Origin: Macrostomum lignano
Lineage: Eukaryota
Length of the DNA: 64,000 nucleotides
Direction: 5' to 3'
NCBI GenBank assembly: GCA_002269645.1
Contig: NIVC01001079.1
Coordinates: forward strand, 248,001 to 312,000
Shown here one piece after another: positions 37,300 through 49,645 of this stretch; position 1 is the stretch's first letter; every line of letters starts with the position of its first letter. The notes under the pieces were generated by a model that searched no databases, was not told the DNA's origin, and saw nothing but the letters and a program-made list of their open reading frames with translations. A program made the position numbers and the translations under genes.

Positions 37300-38050
37300 T
37301 ACGAGCTTGAGGCCATCTCAATTGTTCCTGCTACTTCTTTCAGGTAGGCAGCTTCAAGCTTCAGCCAGCCGAAAGAAAAATTCGAACCTATACAGATTCG
37401 CTTACATCTGCATGTGACTTCGGCCCGAGTTTATCACACAGCGCGAGGAAGTTTCGCTTGGCAACAGAATTGAATACACTGCAGCTTGCAGCGAGTCGGT
37501 TCGCTGCCAGGCCTTCCAGCTGCAGCCGGGCTCTGGCAGCTTCTGGACCTTCGAGTTCGACAGGTGCAGCCACCGAGTCAACCTGGAAAACTGCAGCCGT
37601 TTCGATTGGGCGTTCGTGCGAGGCTTTTTGGGAGTGCGGAGCGGCAGGCTTTGTAGATTTCAAGCCTATGTATTTGAATCATAAATTTTATCCAGTAATA
37701 TTTATTGACCCAATGATGTCAACGCATCAGTGAAGGGCGTAAAGTACATTATACTGTCTATACATGCTGTATATTTGTGGGCAACTGGGAGATCAATTGC
37801 ACCACTGGTTTGCTACAGAGCTGGTTTGGACCCCGCAAGCAGGCGAGAGCCAGTCACTCAGGCGCCGAATGTCACACTAGCAGAGTACCAGCTTCTGGGG
37901 GTCAAGACTTTCAGATGGCGTCTTGGTGAATCCAGCTTCTGGGGCCGAGGCTTGACCATGGTGGTCCACTTACCAACTCCCTTCACGGGTAGGTTCACCT
38001 AGCGCAATGTCAGCTCAAAGCAGCTCACCAGCGATACAAGATCATCAGCT
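37300..38050 (+). pseudogene. Pseudogenised third PAN-CTLD paralog
   Basis: Frame reads QLFLLLLS..FAYICM*LRPEF..AACSESVRCQAFQLQPGSGSFWTFEFDRCSHRVNLENCSRFDWAFVRG..GRLC, clearly paralogous to copies A/B. TGA replaces a Cys codon and no in-frame start remains. The downstream CTLD remnant (TFRWRLGESSF, PRLDHGG) is frameshifted and less certain. Confidence 0.78.
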
Positions 38051-39559
38051 AGAAGCCTCAGGCTGCACCACAACCCTCCGATCCGAGTACGCCTTCGGTG
38101 TCATAAGAGATCTCATCAGAGACAGTCTTTTTGGCTTCACTCGTGACTTACTGCACTCAAGCTCTTAAGCGCTAAAAATAAACAATACGGTTGATTCCTA
38201 CACGCTTCCTCTTCGTCAAAGCTCTTCGATTCGGTCCTCAGCTGGACAGCCGGCTTCAATACCTGTGCATTGACGATGTTGACTGAGACGTACTGTCTCA
38301 CTACGAAAGCCCTGTGCGAATGCGTGGTGAAGAGTTTCAGAGTGGTGATCAGTCACTCGAAAACTCCCACTTCAGACCCTAAGCCTGGGAACAGAATTCA
38401 GCGATCACTTACTAATGCGGGCTCCTCTTCTTTGTCGCGTGGGTCCTTAGAACTCTTCTCTTGTCTTCGGAGTAGTCTTCTTGGGTCCTAACGGTATTGA
38501 TTTCCCCCAGAGATGTATCTATAGCCTCGTTTAGCTGCTCCAACAAGCTTAAGATCTTTGGAGGCTGCTCCGAGTCAGAGATTTTAGCTATGATTTTGGC
38601 TTGTATTAATATTTATAGGAAAATCTTGCGAGAATCTGGTTATTTTTTATTAGGTGACTTAGTTTCGCTTTTTGGAAATTTGACCCTTTGAAAATTGAAT
38701 AGAATTTTTGCGAATACAATAGATTTCGAGCATCAATTACCATATTCGCTGTTCTAAATTTAAATGTTGCAAAAGAATCACTCGTTTTTTTCGTGGTACC
38801 ATAAATAGTGTGTGACTACTTGGAATCTTTAGATTTTGAGTTTTTCGCATTTTTATCTTTCTACTTCTAGTAGTTTGCTTTATATTGTATTTTGGAGATC
38901 TCTACAGTGGATCCATTCCACGGACTAGTTAGGGCTGAATAGATTTCGTAATGACCTTTATAAGTATCGTTTATTAAATCAAGTGAATGAAATTTGAAGG
39001 TCTCAAAGTGACAAACTTAAAAATGGGTTTTGTGACTGCAAAAGCAAATTTTAACAGTAGTGATAAACAGCAATTTTTCAAAACGAAAGTTTAAATTTTT
39101 GGATGCAGAAAACGCTTTTGACTCCAAAATGTAGTATGTGACGAGAATTAGTTTTCAATTTTCAAATCAAGAGTTTGCTCTGTGGGATAACAAATGTCGT
39201 TTAAACAAAAACTACGCACAGCTCTTATTGTGTTAGGCATTAAAATGGTACTGAAGCCATCAATCATCAAAAAGACTTTTATTGTTTCACCATCAAACAT
39301 TGGATTGATGATGGTGATTTGTGAAGATAAATGATGATTATTACGAGCCGCCGACTTATGAATATTCAACGGATATTCAACAACCAACTCTTTATGAATG
39401 TTAAATGAATACTGAAATAAAATTCACCCCATTGCTAGTTGAGAACTTTTGTAAATAGACCTATTTATGAGATCAGTGAAAGAGGAAAACATAATTAACC
39501 TTACAACATTTGCAATTGCATGATCTCTTGTTTATTTGACAGAATTTGACTTACTGTCT

Positions 39560-39749
39560 TTCTGTCTCTCTGTCTCTGTCATTCTGTCACTCTGTCTCTG
39601 TCATTCTGTCACTCTGTCATTCTGTCACTCTGTCATTCTGTCACTCTGTCATTCTGTCACTCTGTCTCAATGTCACTCTGTCTGTCTGTCTTTCTGTCTC
39701 TCTGTCTCTCTGTTTCTCTGTCTATCTGCATCTCACTGTCCGTCTGTCC

Positions 39750-39789
<40 letters not shown>

Positions 39790-40052
39790 TAGTGTCTGCC
39801 TGCCTGTCTGTCTGTCTTAGTGTCTGCCTGTCTGTCTGTCTTAGTGTCTGTCTGTCTGTCTTAGTGTCTGCCTGCCTGTCTGTCTGTCTGTCTGTCTGTC
39901 TTAGTGTCTGCCTGCCTGTCTGTCTGTCTTAGTGTCTGCCTGTCTGTCTGTCTGTCTTAGTGTCTGTCTGCCTGTCTTAGTGTCTGCCTGCCTGTCTGTC
40001 TGTCTGTCTGTCTTAGTGTCTGCCTGCCTGTCTGTCTGTCTGTCTGTCTTAG

Positions 40053-40085
<33 letters not shown>

Positions 40086-40088
40086 CAC
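39560..40088. repeat. (GTCT)n microsatellite with CTTAGT interruptions
   Basis: Direct inspection. Confidence 0.95.
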
Positions 40089-40336
40089 ATTATATTTCAT
40101 TTCATTATATTACATTATATTTCACATTATTCGACAATGTAAAAGCGATAATTCGGTATGTTTTTTCGACGAGCCAATGAAGTTTTCTGTCTATGAAAGC
40201 AACCTAGTATGTATCTATCCATGAAAAAGGAGAGTTCCAGACAGTTTCACCAATCACCACGCGCACATTGTCTGTAGAACATTCGATTCACTCTCCTGTC
40301 CAATAGGAACATACCGCTGAGCAGATCCACAGTCCA

Positions 40337-40342
40337 TATAAA
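40337..40342 (+). promoter_or_regulatory. Possible TATA box (TATAAA) ~65 bp upstream of the lectin copy B start
   Basis: Motif and position only. Confidence 0.3.
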
Positions 40343-40405
40343 GTGCCAAATTTGCAGGTGTAATTTGGTTCAATTACAATTTGTCAATTAAAATTAAAAT
40401 AGAGA

Positions 40406-41551
40406 ATGCAAGCAAAAATTTACATTGTTTTGCTTGTCCTGCAAGCAGCCAGTGTGCAGATGCAGGAATCATATTTGATGGAAACTTTCAAGCTAACTCT
40501 TGTCCGCCTCTGCCTGCGGCCGGATTTCGTCCGAGCTCCCCCTGGAGTGGCGCCTTACCAAAAAGTCGCTTGCGCCAGCGCTTGCAGCCGCTCGCCTCGC
40601 TGCCGAGCCTTCCGTCTGGAGCCCAACTCCGGCCAGTGTTGGACCTTCGAGTTCGACAGCTGCAGCCACCGAGCCAACCTGGACAGCTGCAGCCAGTTTG
40701 GCTGGGCCTTCGTTCGACGCCTAGCCGGACTGTCCGACGGACGGGTGTGTCCGGACGGCTACGGCAACCGGCATTTCAGCTCCACGTACAGGTATGCGGG
40801 CTCAGAGTCTCGCGGCTATGAGCACTCAAATGTGTTTTAGTTTGCCAATCCATCATGCCGAGCTTATGAGGCGTTAAGGTAAGAATGAGATCATAAAAAG
40901 CTGTTTGTGTTCAAAAAATGTGTTCAAAGCCGGATGCGGATGCGGATGCGGATGCGGATGCGGATGCGGATGCGGATGCGGATGCGGACGCGGACGCGGA
41001 CGCGGATGCGGATGCGGATGCGGATGCGGATGCGGATGCGGATGCAGATGCGGATGCGGATGCGGATGCGGATGCGGATGCGGATGCGGATGCGGATGCG
41101 GACGCGGATGCGGATGCGGATGCGGATGCGGATGAGAATGCCAACGCATGATGGAGGATCGCACACCCACCACCCTATGCTGATCCCGGCTCCCAGCTGG
41201 TCCACCGGACTCTCCATCTGCCAGGCCGAGCTCGGCCTCACGAAGTTCGCCGACGGAATCGACCAGGCCGAAGTGGACCACCTGCACTGGGTCAAAACCA
41301 ACGCGAACTCGGGCGCTTCGTATTTCGTCGGCGGCCACCGGGTCGGCAGTTTCGCCAGCGGCACCTGGTTCTGGCACCGCTGCAACTCGAGCTTCCTGCC
41401 CGAGGTTTGGCTGCCCGGACAGCCGAACCACGGCGATAACTACGATAAGACCAACACCTGGAGTAGTCACGTGACTGGTATCGATGACGTATCGAACACG
41501 TATCCGGGCATCACAACGGCTCTGTGCGAGTGCGTCAATCCGTTCGAGTGA
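40406..41551 (+). CDS. Secreted PAN/Apple-like + C-type lectin domain protein (copy B), exon 40406-40791 plus exon ~41137-41551 (acceptor uncertain), ~266 aa
   Basis: Signal peptide MQAKIYIVLLVLQAA; near-identical to copy A from RLCLRP onward; same phase-2 donor. Copy A's acceptor AG is AT here, so an upstream in-frame AG at 41135-41136 is assumed. Confidence 0.75.
40930..41135. repeat. (GGATGC)n hexamer microsatellite in the copy B intron
   Basis: Direct inspection. Confidence 0.95.
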
Positions 41552-43427
41552 CGACAGAATTGCGACTGATAGCAAGCGGCCTCTTGAATACTTCAAATGA
41601 AAATTTTTAATTGAATGAAATCAGGCCAAATTAGGCTAAAATAGATTGAAGTGACTTCTCCACACTCATCACACAAGATACAAAGGCTTTTCCACGATCA
41701 TGACAATAGCAAGAGAATGCAATCCAGGAAGACAGTAAAATATACTAGCATAAAAAAGTTGTTTAATGCACGAAAATAATCAAAGTTTTTATGTTTTGCC
41801 TAGCAACAAGCCAAAGAACAAACTATAGAATTTGAAAAAAAGAAGAAATAAGAATGGAAACAATGGACGAATGCATCATAAATTTGAAGGAAATGAATCG
41901 ACTAATGCAGATTAATAGAAAGTGAAAAAAGATTTGACAAATTCATCCTGTCTCGTAAACAGTTTTTTCACTGCGTATTTTTACTTGAGTAATCTTCAAA
42001 TGATAGAAACGGACTCTAATTTATAAAATATTAGAAATTAGAGTACGATTAAAACGCATTATGTGCATTATTTTTATTGACGTAGTTGGTTTAGTTGGTA
42101 GGTTAAAATGGTTTAGTTAGTTAAAGTATAATTCACGTGAAATTGGTTAGCTACTAGAGATTAAACGGTTGTTACCCGATTTCATCTACTGTTAGCAGTA
42201 GTATACAACGAGCTTACTGCAGGTCTTTCTGTAGCTTGTCGGTGACAATTGGCTGTAAGGTTTCGTCGAGTTTAGAATTAGAAAAGGAAAGTTTGATATT
42301 TAAATGATAGTATATATTTATCCGCATATTCGCATATTTAAATGATGAAATTATACACAGCCCATTTATACTTGTTTTCAATAGCCTGTTTTGGTGAAAA
42401 AATTAATTCTATGAAATCTGTCTGATGTATCTCAATGCGTTCGCTGAAGTCTAATATTCATAGTAGCTTAAAATGTCTGACTGATTTCTTGATGTACAAA
42501 CTGCCTTTTCAGCTATTTTGAGTAGACTGTTACGCCAAAAAGAATGGGAATTCAAAATTTACAGAGATTATCATAGCTTCTAGCCTAAAAGTACTCCAGG
42601 ACATGAAAAACATCGTGTTGGCTGAGTGAGTACGGCGGAGTATTTTGTTTGGTAGGAAGTCTTGGAGTTTTTGTATAGCTTATAAGTTATGAGGAAGTAG
42701 CGATAAAAGACGCGAGATAAATATAAATCTGTAATACTAAATAGTATCTCCCGTTTGCAACAGATTCTGCTAACAGATATGATTTATTCATCGGAAAATG
42801 CTATTACTTTAGTGTACTATATTTAGTATATGTGGATTTTACTGAGCTCAGGAGCCAGCTGACATCCTGCTACGCTCGTATTGCAAGACGATTGCAGGCT
42901 TGCGATAAAGAACTATGTACGTACAGGATATCGGCTGTTGAATTTGGAAGCACGTCAGAACGTATCAACAAAATTGGAAAAAAAGTTACTATAGCTATTA
43001 CAAAGAGATAAGCTAATCCTGAGTTGGCAAAAAAGCATTTTGTTTAACTTTCCATCGCATTTTTCTCAACGAATTTTCATCGTTGAAGCTGAAGCAATTT
43101 AGTTAATCAGGACTTTGTGCAAAATAGGATCCTCGCCCTCGCGTCTGACCCTCGCGTCAAAGTTCCTTTGTGGATTCGATTCTGAGAGCTACCAATTTCA
43201 TTTGGGATTCATGCTCATAATAGCCATCCCCCAAGACGCAGATTATGTACATATGCTTATACGATGAGATAGTCGGCCCGCTGTACATATGTGCCTGTGT
43301 GTGCTCAGAGGTCGACTGTGTTCGAAGTCCTGCTGCAAACAGCTCAAAACATATTCTGCTGCAATTTTGCATTAGATTAAGTCATTCGTAAAACATTTAG
43401 TATTTCAAAGAAGTCATTGGTAGCCTT

Positions 43428-44444
43428 TCAAGAGTCGCCTTGAAACTTAGAAACCAGCTGCTTCACCCTTGTTGACGTGCCGGAAGTGCCACTGGTGCCG
43501 CCTCCGCCAGGACCGTCGCCCCTTTGTCGACGCCTTCGTCTCAATTCTGCCGGAGCCGCTTCGAAGGATCGACTAGGCGTCAGCCGATCTGGCGGCACAT
43601 AGGCGTAGGGCGACTCCGGCAGACGAACTGACGGTCGCTCCGCTGTCATCGACGCAGAGCAATCGGCGTCCGTCTCCGGCTTCTCGGCAACTACTCGGAC
43701 GACTGCGCCGTTTTGATCGCCAGCTTCTGGCAGCAGTGCCAGAGTTTGAGTCCGCTCCGCAGGGTGAAGCTGTTGGTCGGTTGGCGAGGCCTCCTCGCTC
43801 AGCAGGTAAGCTACAGGATAATAGTTGTCAGCTGATTGAAACCGGCGCGTTTGGCAGCTGGGCGGATTCTGCTGTTGCGGTTGCGGTTGCGCCGGCGCCT
43901 GACTGTCTCGGAGGTGATAGTTGGGCGTGAGCATCTAAAGTAGTGGCCAGTCTGACTCTGGCGTCAAAGTACAGAGCACAAAACCAACTAGCATGTAGAT
44001 GAGAAACTGTTACTTTCAAAGTTTTTGGAAGTATTTGTAAATCTACCTTGTCGACAGCTGCTGGTGGGCTTCAAAAACTTCAGTTGGCTCGTCCGAATGA
44101 AACAGGCTGAACAGCTTTCCTCGTCTTGGTCGCCGCAACTGATGCGGCTGCTTCATCAGCAAGCCAACTGGAGTTGGCGGCTGCTGACGAGTTTCTGAAA
44201 GCAACAGCTGCACTGCAGAGTCGCTGCCGGCTGAACGATGCATCTGCAAAGTCGGTTCCGCCTTCGTCTCCGGTTTATCACCGTCAGGTGCTCCTTGATC
44301 TGTCAGTCGCATCTCACTTTCCTTTTTTGTCTCAACTTGAGTCTCTCCATACATCTCGACCTTCTTCTCTGTCTCGTCTTGAGCATCTACTCGAAATCCT
44401 TGAATATTTCCTTGGAACTTTGAAGCAGCTGCGTGAACTGGCAT
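43428..44444 (-). CDS. Putative coding exons of an unknown low-complexity protein (44444-44047 and ~43934-43428)
   Basis: Two GC-rich open frames (133 and 168 aa) with a donor caag|gtagat and acceptor ctttag|. The phases do not join the two long frames, so the model is unresolved. Confidence 0.4.
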
Positions 44445-45304
44445 CTCGCGTCCATCTTGTTTTGTCTCTTATCAAAAGAAAACCAACCGTTCAAGTCGGC
44501 CTCCATTAAGAGCTCGCCCGGCCAGCCATGGTACTCTATAGTTCGAGCATTGTTGACTTAGCTCAAGCTCTTGTTCAGTTTTTCTTTTGAGCGAATAAAT
44601 GGCATTCAAAAGAAGTGCTGAGGCTGTGTCAATAGAGGCTGTTCTGACGAGGTTTTGTCATTCAGTACCTATAAATAACAAAGGTCTAATCTTGATAACT
44701 ACACACCGCAAGCGTTTCGTCATTCAAATTTATTTTTCTTTCAATAGTTGATATGGAAAATCACACTTTTTGTCGGATTTGCACAGAAGACAGACAGTGT
44801 AGGTCAGCAGTTTTTGATGAAATATCGTCACAGCCTCACAGTAATTGATCGGCGCAGTTCAGACTAGAAAAAAGTAGCTATCGATGAGACACACAGGCCA
44901 ACTGCCCAATATAGATTTAGCTTCTCTCATTAAACAGCCGGTCTATTTTTACCGAACGGGAATAATTGTGTCAGTGAAACACAACACCCTTTGTTAGTCG
45001 GCTGACAGCTCGATAATGTGGGTTATTGAGCTCAGTCCAGAGCTTGATTAACGGGCTATGACCGAAAATATCAGTGGCTTCGAATTGATTTATCCTTGTT
45101 TTGCTATTACACTCTACGAAAAGCAGAAAAACGTCTTTATTACATTTTTCAGCTAAACTCACTTTTAGAAATAGTGCAGCAAGGATGGAAATTGTAGGTT
45201 GTAACTTTGAGGACGCGGCAACAGGGGACTTCTGATTTTTTACCCTTATGGGCGCTCTTAGCTCTAGAATGAAATAGAGAGCAGACACAGTATTCAGACC
45301 TATT

Positions 45305-45692
<388 letters not shown>

Positions 45693-46261
45693 AGTGCACT
45701 CTGAACTGGATTATTCGATCCGTAGTCAAGCGCAGTTCATCCGATCCTATTTTTTCTTCACTTTCTCAAACATTTCCCTTTCGCATCTCTCTACTTCTTC
45801 GTCTGCAGGGATCTCCTCCCCAAATCCTGGGCGATTTAATGAGTACCGCGACCCACCGGCTTTGAATACCCTCGGGACTTCTCATCCCATCCCTTACCTA
45901 AGTACTCGGATTTCGAGATCAGTTGTCATGGACAACCGTTAAATGATCCCTTGAGCACCTGCCCTGCCCTGCTCATCCGCATAGGACTGAGAACAGCTGT
46001 CTCTGTGCGATCGCATTTCTGACCTTCTTTAGCAATCGAATCTGGGTCTCAAGGAGAATGACAGTTTCCCAGGGCCGAAGTGGACGAGATTTTTTGTCAA
46101 AAGTCTTCCTTGTAGCGATGGTAGTCTACTTTGAAGCTATTGTGACAATTTATAGCCTTACATTCCATAGATTAGAAGTCTACAGATTTTGGGTTATGAT
46201 GTAAATTAAGATCTTTTATTATTTAAAATCGATTTTTATATTATAATAAAGTCTATGGATA

Positions 46262-47312
46262 ACAGCCTATAATCTGTAGTTTACAGTCTAAATTCTATGG
46301 TTTACAGTCTACAGCCGATGGTATACAGTCTATAGCCTATGGTTTACAGTCTATAGCCTATGGTTTACAGTCTATAGCCTATGGTTTACAGTCTATAGCC
46401 TATGGTTTACAGTCTATAGCCTATGGTTTACAGTCTATAGCCTATGGTTTACAGTCTATAGCCTATGGTTTACAGTCTATAGCCTATGGTTTACAGTCTA
46501 TAGCCTATGGTTTACAGTCTATAGCCTATGGTTTACAGTCTATAGCCTATGGTTTACAGTCTATAGCCTATGGTTTACAGTCTATAGCCTATGGTTTACA
46601 GTCTATAGCCTATGGTTTACAGTCTATAGCCTATGGTTTACAGTCTATAGCCTATGGTTTACAGTCTATAGCCTATGGTTTACAGTCTATAGCCTATGGT
46701 TTACAGTCTATAGCCTATGGTTTACAGTCTATAGCCTATGGTTTACAGTCTATAGCCTATGGTTTACAGTCTATAGCCTATGGTTTACAGTCTATAGCCT
46801 ATGGTTTACAGTCTATAGCCTATGGTTTACAGTCTATAGCCTATGGTTTACAGTCTATAGCCTATGGTTTACAGTCTATAGCCTATGGTTTACAGTCTAT
46901 AGTCTATGGTTTACAGTCTACAGTCTATGGTTTACAGCCTATAGTCTGTAGTTTACAGTCTAAATTCTATGGTTTACAGTCTACAGCCGATGTTATACAG
47001 TCTATAGCCTATGGTTTACAGTCTACAGTCTATGGTTTACAGCCTATAGTCTGTAGTTTACAGTCTAAATTCTATGGTTTACAGTCTACAGCCGATGTTA
47101 TACAGTCTATAGCCTATGGTTTACAGTCTACAGTCTATGGTTTTCTACAGTCTATGGTTTACAGTCTACAGTCTACGATTTACAGCCTATAGTCTTTGTT
47201 TTACAGCCTATAGTCTTTGGTTTATAGTCTACAACCTATGGTTTACAGTCTTACAGTCTTCATTCGATGGTTTACAGTCTACAGTCGATGGCTTAAATAG
47301 TCTATAGTCTAT
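46262..47312. repeat. 21-bp minisatellite CTATGGTTTACAGTCTATAGC; perfect core with degenerate flanks
   Basis: Direct inspection. Confidence 0.97.
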
Positions 47313-48447
47313 GAGTGTGGGTGTCAAAAATAAATAGAATTCAGTTTTTAATAATTACGTAGTTTATAGCCTAAAGATATTTTTTATCATCTAAATTCGG
47401 TAACTTTGAAAGTCTATAAATATCCAAAATCTAAATTTACAACTCAGGTTTATCCGTGACGTTATCGAGCATTAATATATTTCCTATAATAAATGGATAA
47501 TCCTGCTTGCAACTGGACAAAGCGACATGAATAGGCAAGCATAGTTATGGCTTATGTTATCATCACTATAGCTGCTCGTATTGGAACACTGTAGAATTAA
47601 AAATAAATTTCCAGATCCAAGAGCCGGTCAAAGGGACGCCCTTTTTTCAAGACAAAGAAGCGACTCACTCTCTCCCAGGACTGGAACTGTGTGTGCGGCC
47701 AATGTCGCCTTCACAGATGTGCAATTAGGCAGAAAGACTCGCTCTAGAGTGACACGAAAGATAAGAAAAAGAAGACTCAAAAAAGACTGACCGGCCGACT
47801 ACTTGGGGACACGTAGGGGAATTGCATCGCCCCTCTCCCTTCGTTTCTGCCTCACCCAGCTCACATGATTGGGATATTTTTAGCGCACATCCTGTGTGTG
47901 TCCCCCTAACTCGGCCCCAAGTTCGAATTCTCTTCTCTTCATATCATGCCCCCTACTCGGGTCAACCCATGCCAAGGAGATCTTGGAGGGACCGTCTGGA
48001 TTACAGATCGTCAGGGTTGTACATTTGCTGTGACCTATAGGTTTTAAATCTGTGTACTTTTTGCACTACAGTTGGAGACGTTACTACAGAGCTAGTCTGT
48101 CACTGTTTAGAACGCGGGAATATGATCAATTTACTGACAAAGGATCAATTCTTAGAAGTATTGGAAGTTAAGTTATCAATGAAACTCCACTCTTTGCGTG
48201 CTTCTTACTAGAGTTTCGAGCTCAAGGAAAGTTTCCAACCCGAATTCTGTAGTCTAGAGATGCCCTCAGTTCACCTCAAGGCCAGGGCCCGAGCCAAGCA
48301 TCCCGTCTTAGTGCCAAAAAAATTGAAGCCGAACTCAGATTAACCCGCTGCTCAGGCTCCTGCTGATTCCTCATCCTTCTCTGCATCCCCATCTTTCCAT
48401 CTTGCAGCCAATCGGAAGCGGCTGATCAAGCGGGTGTGCAAGGAAGC

Positions 48448-48452
<5 letters not shown>

Positions 48453-48518
<66 letters not shown>
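48453..48518. repeat. (GA)n microsatellite ~75 bp upstream of the 350-aa gene
   Basis: Direct inspection. Confidence 0.95.
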
Positions 48519-48520
<2 letters not shown>

Positions 48521-48592
48521 CTATAAACCCGACAGAGTCCCCATCCGCCTCCAGTTTTCACTGACGCAGCCAAGTGATTCACAAACCACCGG

Positions 48593-49543
48593 ATGTCCGG
48601 GCATCGACTCTGCCGCGGCTGCCTGAGCGGTCGCAGGAGGAAGAACCGAGACGCCTGTCTGGCGTCACTGCTGGCCGCTTCGCTGCTTGCGCTGGGCATC
48701 GGCGCAGCGCTGTGGGTCCTGGGCTCGGCGCAGAGCTCGCTGTCTCAAGTCGGCTTCGGCATCGCCCTGACGGTCTGCGGATGCCTGATGGCGGGCACCG
48801 CGGCGAGCCTCCTCATCGTCACTCGCTGTTGCTTCAGCGATCAGGTTCGGGGCCAGGCTGACAGCGCCGAGAACAATGACTGTTTTGACTGCGACTGCTG
48901 CCTGCAGAGGCGCTGGACAAAACAATCCACCGGTCGAGTTGGCGACCTCGCCGAAAACGCAGCAACCGGCAGCGGAAACGGTTCGGGCCGAGTGCGCATC
49001 ACGGTGACTCGTAGCCGATCGGAGGAGCGTCTGGACCAGAGCATCGAGGACGCCATTCTCCGCCTACACATGTCGCGTCCGCGAAAATCCTCGTTGAAGG
49101 TCTCGACAGGCGGCAGCGAATCTCCGCTGTCTCGCGGCTCAGAGGACATCAGCCAGCTGCGCCAGCAGCAGCAGCAGCAGCAGCCGCGGAATCATGTCCG
49201 ATTCAGCGACTCTGACGAGATGTCACCAACTTCGGAGGCGCGACAGAACATTAGTCTGTCGTCGCGAAGGTCGTCAGCTGAGGACAACGACTCTGTGTTC
49301 ATCGTCGAGACCGACGGCAACTGCTTGCCTTCGCATCCAGCTGCGAACGCTCCCTCAGTGGCGGCGACGGCGGTGAAAAACGTCCAGTCTGAGGTGGAGC
49401 AGATGGAAATCAACGCCGAGGAGCTGCTGCGTCGGTCTCGAACCGTTTCTGTCAAGGCGGCCAAGTCAATGTCCCTCCCCGAGCCGGTGTCCGACCGGCA
49501 CCAGGACAGGAAAAAGAAGAAGAAAAAGCAGCAGCGCAAGGAG

Positions 49544-49574
<31 letters not shown>

Positions 49575-49645
49575 TCAGTGATTCTTCGATTGCAAACGCG
49601 TTGACAGCTAAGAAAGCCAGCAGTGCTGAGTCTGAGAACTCTTAA
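48593..49645 (+). CDS. Hypothetical membrane protein, 350 aa, intronless: two N-terminal TM helices plus a long disordered Ser/Gln/Lys-rich tail
   Basis: Non-repetitive GC-rich ATG-to-TAA ORF. Hydrophobic segments ACLASLLAASLLALGIGAALWVLG and VGFGIALTVCGCLMAGTAASLLIV, followed by RCC. Family not recognised. Confidence 0.75.

Noticed and set aside
37415-37417. In-frame TGA at a Cys position as selenocysteine or readthrough
   Set aside because: No start codon, a frameshifted CTLD and no SECIS seen; pseudogenisation is simpler.
40907-41136. (MR)n / (CG)n / (DA)n repeat proteins in the lectin intron
   Set aside because: Hexamer microsatellite between a clear donor and the CTLD exon.
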